A stretch of DNA of 64,000 bases from contig CAZSQN010000002.1 of NCBI GenBank assembly GCA_964609095.1, positions 12,633 through 76,632 on the forward strand. The letters are read 5' to 3'. Positions 32,302 through 41,130 of this stretch are shown here, one piece after another. The stretch is from an uncultured Gammaproteobacteria bacterium (lineage in GTDB: Bacteria > Patescibacteriota > Patescibacteriia > CAZSQN01). The stretch's first letter is position 1, and each line of letters opens with the position of its first letter. The translations under genes were made by a program, and so were the position numbers. The notes beneath the pieces are model-generated. The model was not told the origin of the DNA and did no database searches. It worked only from the letters and a program-made list of their open reading frames with translations.

Positions 32302-33267
32302 TTAGCGCGTTGCGTGATGAGGCAGATACGGACTTTCCAAAACGATAACAAATATCAATGCTCCCATGAGCAAAAGATAAAGCGCGAGCCACTTAAGACG
32401 GACTCCAAACGGTACGGGAGGAAGAGACAGCTCTTCGCTTGCCGTTTGGCCCAGCTCCTTGAGCTTTTTTTCAATTCCCCATCGCCACCAAAACAACCCG
32501 ACAACGAGACCGGCGAGAATAACGTCAAGAAGATCTATATACCACTTCTGTCCGCTAAATCCGGCCAGCATCAGAGCGGTCATAGAAGCCCAGCACAACA
32601 GCCCTATGCCAAACTTGAGCGGCCAGTTGAATTTGGAATCAGACAAAATAAAAATCCAAATCAAAAGCATTGACGGCTGGCGCGCGTAAAGCGTGAAGGC
32701 GAACAAGCACAAAAGCCCCACGTACTTAAACCATTCGCCAATGCTTTGCGTGACCCTGCCGCCGTCAAGCGGGCTCACGGGAATGAGATTGAACAAGTTC
32801 AGGAAGATTCCCGTAAAGCTCAAAAGAAGAATAATCTCCGGCCTCTGCGGCAAGAGCCACCAGACGCCAAAAAGCGCGACGGCGGCAATGCTTCCAATAA
32901 GCGGTCCGCCGTAACCCACGAATGACTCTTCTTCGCGGCTTTGAAACGGCGGAGCAAAAATAACGGCTCCAAGCATTGGGATAAAAACCGGCGCCTTGGT
33001 CGGCATACCCTTCATCTTCATCGCCAGCACATGCCCCATTTCGTGGACAAAGAGCAGGAGGGTGAAGCCGACGGCAAACCACGGACCAAGCCAGAAGGCG
33101 TAGACAAAAGCGGAAATTGCCATGGAGAAGAAGGTCACCAAAATCTTGCCGAACTTCAGCAATTTGAGCGCCTTCAAAATCTTTCCGGCTTTGAGGAAAA
33201 GTCCGAACGCCGCGGCAATTAGTCCTTTTCCTTTGAATTTGTTCGCGCTTGTTCCCATTGCGTTCAT
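32302..33267 (-). CDS. site-2 protease family (M50) intramembrane metalloprotease
   Basis: HEMGH, NLIPVSPLDGG. Confidence 0.92.
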   Translation of the reverse strand: MNAMGTSANKFKGKGLIAAAFGLFLKAGKILKALKLLKFGKILVTFFSMAISAFVYAFWLGPWFAVGFTLLLFVHEMGHVLAMKMKGMPTKAPVFIPMLGAVIFAPPFQSREEESFVGYGGPLIGSIAAVALFGVWWLLPQRPEIILLLSFTGIFLNLFNLIPVSPLDGGRVTQSIGEWFKYVGLLCLFAFTLYARQPSMLLIWIFILSDSKFNWPLKFGIGLLCWASMTALMLAGFSGQKWYIDLLDVILAGLVVGLFWWRWGIEKKLKELGQTASEELSLPPVPFGVRLKWLALYLLLMGALIFVIVLESPYLPHHATR

Positions 33268-33358
33268 TGCGCATCCTTTCTCTTTATCAAAGAACGATTA
33301 ACTAAAATTAAACCAAAAATCCTCATTTGTCAACTATTGTGCTAATATAAGAATCATG

Positions 33359-33457
33359 CCCCGCACATAACTTGGATATTTACCAAACCTAATGCGGGGT
33401 ATCAAAAGATGACACATGACATAAATTGTGTGACGAATTAACAAATTATGTGCGGGG
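33359..33457. mobile_element. MITE-like element (CCCCGCACATAA TIR family)
   Basis: Perfect 12-bp TIR CCCCGCACATAA/TTATGTGCGGGG immediately before an ATG. Confidence 0.65.
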
Positions 33458-33458
33458 T

Positions 33459-34715
33459 ATGAGCAAAGAAAATAAAACAATCTATGATGTGGCCGTAATA
33501 GGCGGCGGCCCTGCTGGCATGATGGCGGCGGGGCGAGCAGCCGAGCTTGGAGCCAGGGTCATTCTGATTGAAAAAAACAAAGAACTGGGGAAAAAGCTTC
33601 TTATAACCGGCGGCGGCAGATGCAACCTGACCAACGCCGAAATGGATACCCGCAAATTTTTGGGAAAGCTCAAAGAAAGCGCCAAATTTCTTTTTTCCGC
33701 TTTTGCTGAATTCGGCGTGAAAGAAACTCTGGATTTTTTCCATAACCGCGGCCTAGAAACAAAAGTTGAAGCGGAAAAGCGCGTATTCCCCAAGAGCGAC
33801 AGCGCCCAATCCGTCTGGAACGTTCTCCGTGAGTACATGATGGCTGGCGGCGTCACCGTCGCTCTTGATTCCCCCGCCACCGGATTTGCCAAAAGGGAAG
33901 ATAAAATTACCTCAATCGGGCTTAAAAACAAAAAAGAAATATTTGCCAAATCTTTTATTCTGGCTACCGGCGGAAAATCTTACCCCGAAACCGGTTCCAC
34001 CGGAGACGGTTTTATTTGGCTTAAGGAGCTGGGACACAAAGTGACGGAGTCCGGCGCCGCGCTCGTGCCGGTGGCCATAGGCGATATCTGGGTCCGGCAG
34101 CTCCAGGGGGTCAGCTTGCCGAGAGTTAAAATAACCATCTTGCAAAACAATATAAAGCAGGAATCTAACAAAGGAAAAATCCTTTTTACCCACTTCGGAC
34201 TCTCCGGCCCGGCAATACTCAATATAAGCTCGCAAATCGGCGAACTTTTGGGATACGGCGATGTGGTTATTTCTCTGGATATTTTGCCGGAGCTGGACCA
34301 CGGCGCCTTAAATGAAAAATTACAGGAGATATTTAAAGAAAACAGCAATAAAAAATTTAAAAACAGTTTGGCAGGGCTTCTGCCCGCGGCTATAGCCGGC
34401 GCGGTTGTGGTCAAATCAGGCATCAATCAGGACAAATTCTGCCACAGTATCACCCGCGTTGAGCGGCTCAAGCTTATCAAATTCCTAAAAGATTTAAGGA
34501 TGAAAGCGGCCGGGCTGCTGGGCGCAAAAAAGGCCATTGTCACTTCCGGCGGAGTGGAGCTTGCCGAAGTGGACTTTAAAACCATGCGCTCGCGCCTTTA
34601 CCAAAATCTCTACCTTGTCGGCGATATTTTGAACATTGACCGCCCTTCCGGCGGCTACAGCCTCCAGCTCTGCTGGACTACCGGATACGTTGCCGGAAGA
34701 AACGCGGCGGAATAA
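33459..34715 (+). CDS. HI0933/BaiN family flavoprotein
   Basis: GGGPAG, GKKLLITGGGRCNLTN, ATGGKSYP.TGSTGDG, GGYSLQ. Confidence 0.95.
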   Translation: MSKENKTIYDVAVIGGGPAGMMAAGRAAELGARVILIEKNKELGKKLLITGGGRCNLTNAEMDTRKFLGKLKESAKFLFSAFAEFGVKETLDFFHNRGLETKVEAEKRVFPKSDSAQSVWNVLREYMMAGGVTVALDSPATGFAKREDKITSIGLKNKKEIFAKSFILATGGKSYPETGSTGDGFIWLKELGHKVTESGAALVPVAIGDIWVRQLQGVSLPRVKITILQNNIKQESNKGKILFTHFGLSGPAILNISSQIGELLGYGDVVISLDILPELDHGALNEKLQEIFKENSNKKFKNSLAGLLPAAIAGAVVVKSGINQDKFCHSITRVERLKLIKFLKDLRMKAAGLLGAKKAIVTSGGVELAEVDFKTMRSRLYQNLYLVGDILNIDRPSGGYSLQLCWTTGYVAGRNAAE

Positions 34716-34723
34716 AAAAACGA

Positions 34724-34981
34724 TTAAGAATTTTTATTTTTCCTTTCTTCCGTTTCTCTTTTTAAATAATCAAGCAGGCGCTCCAGATTTCCCTTGGCTT
34801 GAACCCGGTCCAATCCGCCGACGCATTCTTGCTCCGTGCTTATCCATTCTTCCTGCACGTCATAGTCAAAAGAATTAAAATCATAATTATCCAATCCTTT
34901 CAAAAGTTCATTAATCTCCGCGTCTATTCTTTCAACCTCTTCCGGTGAAAACAGTTGTTCTCTGTTTTTAGGTATTTCCAT
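34724..34981 (-). CDS. small acidic hypothetical protein
   Basis: ORF fills the gap downstream of a repeat site. Confidence 0.55.
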   Translation of the reverse strand: MEIPKNREQLFSPEEVERIDAEINELLKGLDNYDFNSFDYDVQEEWISTEQECVGGLDRVQAKGNLERLLDYLKRETEERKNKNS

Positions 34982-35052
34982 ATACGGATGATCGGTTAAA
35001 AAATAATTTATAAAACCTTTTTGCGCAAACTGCGCAAATCTAAAATTTTTCT

Positions 35053-35081
35053 TATTCTACCATTCGCGCGAATTAGAGCAG
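35053..35081. repeat. ~30-bp palindromic site (dif-like family)
   Basis: TATTCTACCATTCGCGCGAATTAGAGCAG, identical to 35382-35410; contains the ArsR stop codon. Confidence 0.9.
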
Positions 35082-35333
35082 GTTAATGATCTGCTTGGCT
35101 TCCGGCTTGAGATTCGGAGCCAAACTATAAAACATCTGCAAACTCCTCTGCTCTTTCTCCAGAATATCAGCACCGGCCAAAATCCTCAAATGCTTTGAAG
35201 TTGCTTTAAAAGAAAGTCTAATCGCTTCCGCTGCTTCAGATACCGGCGCTTCTTTATGAGATTTAATATACTTAAGTATCGCCAGCCTGCGGTGATTGGC
35301 CAAAGCCTTTAGAGTTTTTTCAATCTTTTTCAT
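35073..35333 (-). CDS. ArsR/SmtB family transcriptional regulator
   Basis: LKALAN.RRLAIL, SKHLRIL winged helix. Confidence 0.88.
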   Translation of the reverse strand: MKKIEKTLKALANHRRLAILKYIKSHKEAPVSEAAEAIRLSFKATSKHLRILAGADILEKEQRSLQMFYSLAPNLKPEAKQIINLL

Positions 35334-35380
35334 AAGTTTATTTAAAATAAGACTTAATCCATTCTAAAAAGAGCATAACA

Positions 35381-35410
35381 CTATTCTACCATTCGCGCGA
35401 ATTAGAGCAG
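35381..35410. repeat. ~30-bp palindromic site (dif-like family)
   Basis: CTATTCTACCATTCGCGCGAATTAGAGCAG. Confidence 0.9.
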
Positions 35411-35471
35411 AGAGAGTGTGGGCGTGCGGTTGCAGAGAGGCAAGAAATCTCTTATAATAAGGCATTAATAT

Positions 35472-35966
35472 ATGCAGGTACCAAAAAGAAAACCGGGGAA
35501 ATTCGCCCATCTCAAAGCCGACCAGAATATTACTGAAGAGAAGTTTGAAGAGCTTAAAGCCGAACTGGAACGGCTTAAGAAATTCAGCTTGCCAGCCGCG
35601 GCCGAAGAAGTCGCGACTCTCGCGCAAATGGGCGACTTTTCCGAAAACGCCGCTTACCAGATGGCCAAAGGCCGGCTCCGCGGAATAAACCAACGGATTT
35701 TGGAATTGGAAGACCGGATAAAATACGCGGTAATAATCAAGCCGTCAAAAAACGCCCAGACCGTCGGGCTTGGGCATAAAGTAACTATTGAATCAGGAGG
35801 AGAGTCAAAAACTTATCTAATACTCGGCTCGGCGGAAACAGACCCCTTAAAAGGAATTATTTCCCAAAACTCCCCATTGGGCTCCGCCCTTATGGGCCGC
35901 AAACTCGGCGACAAAATAAAAATCCCGCCAAAAGGAGTGGAGTGGAAGATTTTGAAGATAGAATAA
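35472..35966 (+). CDS. greA: GreA/GreB family transcription elongation factor
   Basis: GDFSENAAY, ISQNSPLGSALMG. Confidence 0.9.
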   Translation: MQVPKRKPGKFAHLKADQNITEEKFEELKAELERLKKFSLPAAAEEVATLAQMGDFSENAAYQMAKGRLRGINQRILELEDRIKYAVIIKPSKNAQTVGLGHKVTIESGGESKTYLILGSAETDPLKGIISQNSPLGSALMGRKLGDKIKIPPKGVEWKILKIE

Positions 35967-35979
35967 ATTCAAATCGCAA

Positions 35980-36044
35980 CTATTCTACCATTCGCACGCC
36001 TGCCCCGTAGTGAGCTGCGCTCTACTACTGGGGAATTAGAGCAG
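35980..36044. repeat. dif-like site interrupted by a 35-bp hairpin insertion (35999-36033)
   Basis: CTATTCTACCATTCGCACG [CCTGCCCCGTAG...CTACTGGGG] AATTAGAGCAG. Confidence 0.85.
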
Positions 36045-36051
36045 GTGGGAA

Positions 36052-36648
36052 TTAAATTTCTATATTTTCTAAAATATATTTTAACGGATAAACAATGTCG
36101 TTTCTGGTCTTTATTTCCTCCGGCTTTAACCAACGGAAACTACTGGCTTCGTCATTTAATCGCAAATTTTCTTTTTCCGAATTAATCTTCACCAAATACA
36201 AATGCCATAAATGGTGATCGCTCCCCCTACGGCACGAATCGCCGGGCAGATGAAATTCTTTCACAAATTTAAAATCTTCTTTTGGCAATTCCAAACCTAT
36301 TTCTTCCATTAATTCTCTCCGCACCGCAATAAGCGCGTCTTCTCCCTTATCAACATGGCCGGCGGGCAAGGCGTAAGCAAAAGGGAAAGTCGCGCGCATG
36401 ACTACAAGCCATTCGCCTTTTTCGTTTAAAATAATAGCTCCGGTACTTTCATGCCAATAATTCTTGTCTTCATCTATCCACCAATTTACAGCGTTATCAA
36501 TAACCAAAGACCTTTCTTCCGTGGCGCCGCAGCTCTTGCAAAAATAATAAGTCTTTCCGTCTTTAAAAACTCTTTCCACTTTTGCGGAATTGCACTTTAG
36601 GCAATATTGCCCTTCTATTTTTATATCTATATTTGAATTTATTTTCAT
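36052..36648 (-). CDS. NUDIX hydrolase with N-terminal zinc ribbon
   Basis: CxxC..CxxC; GHVDKGE....AVRRELMEEIG. Confidence 0.9.
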   Translation of the reverse strand: MKINSNIDIKIEGQYCLKCNSAKVERVFKDGKTYYFCKSCGATEERSLVIDNAVNWWIDEDKNYWHESTGAIILNEKGEWLVVMRATFPFAYALPAGHVDKGEDALIAVRRELMEEIGLELPKEDFKFVKEFHLPGDSCRRGSDHHLWHLYLVKINSEKENLRLNDEASSFRWLKPEEIKTRNDIVYPLKYILENIEI

Positions 36649-36723
36649 AAAAAAACCATATTACGCTACTCCTGTTTAGAATAAACATAACATGGTTAGG
36701 TCAATTTCTACAAAACTTTTACT

Positions 36724-36790
36724 CTATTCTCTTATTCCCCAGCAGTAGAAGCTTTGCTTCACTACGGGGCAGGCGCGCGAATAAGGAGTA
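36724..36790. repeat. dif-like site interrupted by an inverted 37-bp hairpin insertion (36737-36773)
   Basis: CTATTCTCTTATT [CCCCAGCAGTAG...CTACGGGGCAGG] CGCGCGAATAAG. Confidence 0.8.
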
Positions 36791-36904
36791 CAGTTTAAGG
36801 TTATAAACCTTAGTCTTATTCGTACGAATTTGACTAGGGTTAGATTGACTGTCTCTTAGTCGTGCGATTAAGAGAGTAGTTGGAATTGGAAATCGGGCAG
36901 GCAC

Positions 36905-36971
36905 CTCGGCGACACAATAAAAATCCCACCCAAAAAGGGGTGGAGTGGAAGATAGTGAGGATAGAATAAAT
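36905..36971 (+). pseudogene. degenerate duplicate of the greA 3' end
   Basis: Aligns with 35904-35968, with a 2-nt insertion and a few substitutions. Confidence 0.85.
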
Positions 36972-37043
36972 GCTCCACGTGGAGCATTTTTTAAAACACT
37001 ATTCTCTTAAGAACCTTTCGTACGAATAAGACTATAATTTTAA

Positions 37044-37778
37044 TTATTTTAACGCTTGCTGAATTCGTTTAAATCCGTTTCTGCTTATGTTATTTTGTGA
37101 TAAAACCGGCGATCTACTCTTTAAAATTATGATATTTTTATAAGTTTTTAATTCTTTTACTTTCTCAAACCATTGACCCTTCTTCATTATTACTATTAAA
37201 GCTTTACGACTAATTGCCTGTCTAACTAAACCAAAATTATATTTTTGACACTCCAGTATTTTACCTAAAGGCCTATAATTTCTAGAATGGTAAGGAAAAA
37301 ATTCTATACAACAAATCTTTTTTGAAATATTCTTATAGTCTTCTTTATTTTTAATAAAATGTTGCCAAACCTTTAGCCAATATCTAAACCCGCCGTATAA
37401 TCTATAAGCGGGATTTAAGTCATAAAACGAATATTCTAATTCTTCGCGCAAATTATTTTTAAGTATATCTTTTTTTAATTTGGGATAAACTTTCAAAGCA
37501 TGATCCTCTTCATCTTCAAATCCTGGAGGAACATCAGAACCCGGGTTTAACTGTAATAAAATAATCTTTGTATTAAATGGATTACCCTGAAAAGGAACAG
37601 GCAAACTATTGGTATCTATTTTGTGTTCCGGCCTACGCTTTTCTTTTTCATTAATATCATCAATAATCTTCTTATCTTCATCTAATAAATAAGGCGGCGA
37701 TTTACGATTAAATTTTCTCCACGGATTTATCTTATTTAATCTTTCTTCCATATTGCTTTGGAAAATACTCTTTTCCAA
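37044..37778 (-). CDS. AT-rich hypothetical protein, possibly uracil-DNA-glycosylase-like fold
   Basis: PVPFQGNP...IILLQLNPG and EFFPYHS motifs; fold inferred. Confidence 0.6.
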   Translation of the reverse strand: MEKSIFQSNMEERLNKINPWRKFNRKSPPYLLDEDKKIIDDINEKEKRRPEHKIDTNSLPVPFQGNPFNTKIILLQLNPGSDVPPGFEDEEDHALKVYPKLKKDILKNNLREELEYSFYDLNPAYRLYGGFRYWLKVWQHFIKNKEDYKNISKKICCIEFFPYHSRNYRPLGKILECQKYNFGLVRQAISRKALIVIMKKGQWFEKVKELKTYKNIIILKSRSPVLSQNNISRNGFKRIQQALK

Positions 37779-38346
37779 CCTGCCATAAATATTTATCTAT
37801 CTGTTTTAAATCAAATGATTCTAAATCATAATGTTTTCTAAAATTAGACAGAATATCTTTAAATTTTGAGTATATTTTCAAATCCTCGTTATCAAAATCA
37901 AACTCCTTTTCTTTACAATGAATGAGCATTTTTGCTACAAATGAGTCATAAATTGGATACTCTGTTGGATTATGGTGGCTACAATATTTTGTTGCAAATG
38001 AATACAAATGTGATTCTTTAGCTTTTTTGCTTATATGAATTTTATGACCGGATGCAATTTTCTCAACTAAATCAAGATTGTTATTTCTCAAATCGTTATC
38101 AATATTCAAACTCACAATATGTTTAGCTAAAACAAATATTTTGCGAATTTGTGTACTATAAAATTGGTTCAAGGTGCAAACTTTGACTAAGACATCGTCT
38201 AAATCAGTGTTAAATGGATATGTTTTTGTAAACAATTTTTTTAAGCTACTCTCTTGCAAACTATAATCATCGAAAGTTTCCCATGCCTTGAGATAATGTT
38301 CAACTTCTTTCAACGATGGTTTTGGTATATTTAAATTTTTTGACAT
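37732..38346 (-). CDS. AT-rich hypothetical protein, possibly HhH glycosylase-related
   Basis: LNQFYST, YSFATKYCSHH, YPIYDS, IDKYLW; function inferred only. Confidence 0.65.
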   Translation of the reverse strand: MSKNLNIPKPSLKEVEHYLKAWETFDDYSLQESSLKKLFTKTYPFNTDLDDVLVKVCTLNQFYSTQIRKIFVLAKHIVSLNIDNDLRNNNLDLVEKIASGHKIHISKKAKESHLYSFATKYCSHHNPTEYPIYDSFVAKMLIHCKEKEFDFDNEDLKIYSKFKDILSNFRKHYDLESFDLKQIDKYLWQVGKEYFPKQYGRKIK

Positions 38347-38413
38347 ATTATTCCTTCTTCTTAAGTGCGAGGCAAGTGGAGTTAGAGCAAAGGCATTCTG
38401 CGGATTTTTAAAC

Positions 38414-39385
38414 CTACGCCAACAATTGCGTTACCAGCGCCACCATTTGTTCTTTTTTCTTGGGGTCGCTCTCGGCAATAAGCAGCGTGAGCGCGGTCAA
38501 GCATGCCGGATTAATATTGCGAATGCCTTTGGCGCGGTATCTACGCAAAAACCAGACAAAAGCAAAAGCGCCGGAGCGTTTGTTGCCGTCCGTAAACGGA
38601 TGATTCTTGACCATGAAGTAGAGTAGATGCGCGGCTTTCTCTTCCACGCTCCCGTAAAGCTGCCGACCGCCAAACGATTGCATCACATTTCCGGCAATAC
38701 CCTCAATGCTCCCCTCTTTCCTTTCCTGTGCAAACAAATCCGCGGCCTCGCCTTTCTTCATAAGCTCGGCTCGCAAATTCTGTATGGCGCGAGCCAATTC
38801 TTCGCCGGTAAGCTTAATTGCTTTTTTAGTTCTGCCGATTACTTTAAGCTCTTCTTTGTCATACGCGTTAAGCGAAATCCACGTGCTCGCGAATTCTTTA
38901 ATCAGTTCCAGGACGGCTTTAGGGTCAAGCGTAATGTGTTCAGGCAGGAGCGTCTGAATATCGGCAACCGCTTTCATAAACGCGTCGTAATTTTGAGCGA
39001 TGCGTTTGCGATTTATGGTATAGCCCTTGGTAATATGCCCGCGCAAAGTTTTGGTGGCCCACTGGCGAAAATTGGTGGCTGTTTTGGAGTTGATACGATA
39101 CCCAACCGAAATAATGGCATCAAGATTATAATAATCCACTTGATACATCTTTCCGTCAGCGGCAGTTGTTGCAATTTTTGCAACAACTGAATCTCTGCTT
39201 AATTCGCCCTCTTTAAAAATATTTTTTAAATGACGAGAGATAACCGATTTATCACGTCCAAAAACTTCGGCGATTTGGTCAAGTGTTGCCAAAATACTTT
39301 CACGCTCAAAATCGCCCCGAAGCTCAATAGCTCCGGAAGGCGCTTGATAAATTATCATCTGCTTGTCTTGTTTTTTATCTTTCAT
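38414..39385 (-). CDS. RhuM-like N-terminal domain fused to Fic/Doc domain
   Basis: ISRHLKNIFKEGEL, YNLDAIISVGYRINS, HPFTDGNKR. Confidence 0.9.
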   Translation of the reverse strand: MKDKKQDKQMIIYQAPSGAIELRGDFERESILATLDQIAEVFGRDKSVISRHLKNIFKEGELSRDSVVAKIATTAADGKMYQVDYYNLDAIISVGYRINSKTATNFRQWATKTLRGHITKGYTINRKRIAQNYDAFMKAVADIQTLLPEHITLDPKAVLELIKEFASTWISLNAYDKEELKVIGRTKKAIKLTGEELARAIQNLRAELMKKGEAADLFAQERKEGSIEGIAGNVMQSFGGRQLYGSVEEKAAHLLYFMVKNHPFTDGNKRSGAFAFVWFLRRYRAKGIRNINPACLTALTLLIAESDPKKKEQMVALVTQLLA

Positions 39386-39460
39386 AAATCCACTCAATCT
39401 TACCAATTTCCGCCTTAAAAAACAACAAAAACGCCCTTTGGGGGCGTTCTCTGTTTAATC

Positions 39461-39835
39461 TTATTTCTTCTTCAAATTAAGGCAGACGGAGTTCATGCAA
39501 TAGCGTTTGCCGGTTTTGGTGGGACCGTCATCAAAAAGATGTCCCAGGTGCGAGCCGCATTTGGCGCAAACAACCTCGGTGCGCTCCATTCCTCCGCTTA
39601 AATCCTTTTGAAACTTCACCGCTCCTGGAAGCGCCTCGTCAAAGCTCGGCCAGCCCGTACCAGAGTCAAACTTGGTATCGGAGGAAAACAAAGGGTTACC
39701 GCAAGCAGCGCACATATAAGTGCCACTTCCCTTTTCATGCACATACTTGCCTGTAAACGGCGCTTCCGTTCCCTTCTCCCGCATAATCTTATACTGCTCC
39801 GGAGTTAAAACCTCTTTCCAATTCTTTTGAATCAT
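39461..39835 (-). CDS. msrB: peptide-methionine (R)-S-oxide reductase
   Basis: [29 protein letters not shown]. Confidence 0.97.
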   Translation of the reverse strand: MIQKNWKEVLTPEQYKIMREKGTEAPFTGKYVHEKGSGTYMCAACGNPLFSSDTKFDSGTGWPSFDEALPGAVKFQKDLSGGMERTEVVCAKCGSHLGHLFDDGPTKTGKRYCMNSVCLNLKKK

Positions 39836-39885
39836 AACGCGAATAATTTTATTTATGCCAATATCACGCGAATATGCGAATATCG

Positions 39886-40272
39886 CTATTCGGAAACTGA
39901 CGGATTGACAATCCTCTTAATATGTAAAGATTTCTGATTAAAGTTCGCCAAGAGCACGAGTTTGCGTTGCGCGGCTGTCTGATACCTCCGTGCTTGAAAA
40001 TAATCTTCACGACTAACAAATCTTTTGGCCTTAATCTCCAATATAATCTTATCGTCAATCAGAAAATCAACTCTGTTTCTTCCTGGTACTTCGCCCTCAA
40101 ATGACTCGGCTAATCTTAATTCTCGCTTATAGGGTATTTCGAGCTTCTTTAGCCACCCCTCTATCCGGTCGCAGTATTGCTTCTCATTGCAGAATCGCCC
40201 CAATTCATTGTGGGTAGCGAATAGAACGCCGTTAATGCGATAAGACAGTTCAGGATAAATCACTTTATTCAT
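39886..40272 (-). CDS. GxxExxY family protein (PD-(D/E)XK-like)
   Basis: ELSYRING...[13 protein letters not shown]; [14 protein letters not shown]; Q...Y; LANF. Confidence 0.9.
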   Translation of the reverse strand: MNKVIYPELSYRINGVLFATHNELGRFCNEKQYCDRIEGWLKKLEIPYKRELRLAESFEGEVPGRNRVDFLIDDKIILEIKAKRFVSREDYFQARRYQTAAQRKLVLLANFNQKSLHIKRIVNPSVSE

Positions 40273-40318
40273 AGTATTCGCATATTAGCGTCATTCGCAT
40301 CCATTCGCAAGATTCGCG

Positions 40319-40861
40319 TTATGCCTTTAGCAAGGCGCTGAATTTTTCTTTTGCCTTTTTAAGCTTGGGATTGATTACTACCTGGCAATAGGGCTTGTCT
40401 TTATTCTTTTCGTAATAATCGTGATGATAATCTTCCGCTTCGTAAAACTTTTCTAACGGTTTCACTTCGGTCACAATCGGTTTGCCGTCCTCGCTTGATT
40501 CGTTTAATTCTTTTATATAATCCTCGGCCAGCTTTTTCTGCTCCGGCGCGGTGTAGAGAATAATGGAGCGGTACTGCTCGCCCACATCATTCCCCTGCCT
40601 GTTTAAAGTCGTGGGGTCATGCGTGCCAAAAAACACTGCCAGCAAATCATTAAACGAAATTGCCTGCGGGTCAAATTCAATTTTTATCGCTTCCGCGTGG
40701 CCCGTCACTCCTCCGCTTACCTCCTCGTAAGACGGGTCCGGCATAGTTCCACCGGCATAGCCGGGCACAACCGACTTCACGCCTTTGAGCATTTTAAATA
40801 TCGCCTCGGTGCACCAGAAACATCCTCCGCCGAATACCGCTGTTTCCATTTTGTTTTCCAT
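40319..40861 (-). CDS. msrA: peptide-methionine (S)-S-oxide reductase
   Basis: GGCFWC, GHAE, HDPT, QYRS, AEDYH. Confidence 0.97.
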   Translation of the reverse strand: MENKMETAVFGGGCFWCTEAIFKMLKGVKSVVPGYAGGTMPDPSYEEVSGGVTGHAEAIKIEFDPQAISFNDLLAVFFGTHDPTTLNRQGNDVGEQYRSIILYTAPEQKKLAEDYIKELNESSEDGKPIVTEVKPLEKFYEAEDYHHDYYEKNKDKPYCQVVINPKLKKAKEKFSALLKA

Positions 40862-41130
40862 ATTTAATGTGGATATGTGCCCTTTTGACCAAAAACCGCT
40901 TTAATGTTATATTATTTGTATCACCACGAAGAAGACCCTTATGCGGCTCGTCCGCATTGGGGGCTTTTTTAAATAGACATAATTTTTTTGCTTTGATTTT
41001 TCTATACCTACCTATTTTATTCCCCAAACTCTGCGGAGTCAAAATATTGACTTTGCCATTATGCTCTGATAAGGTGCAGACGCAGTTCCTTTAAATCAAC
41101 CCGGAACAACAACCGAATAAGGAGGCAGAG

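Noticed and set aside
35053-37034. CRISPR array or classical integron
   Set aside because: Spacing is irregular and gene-sized, there is no cas or intI gene in the window, and sites are shorter than attC and lack proper RYYYAAC/GTTRRRY ends
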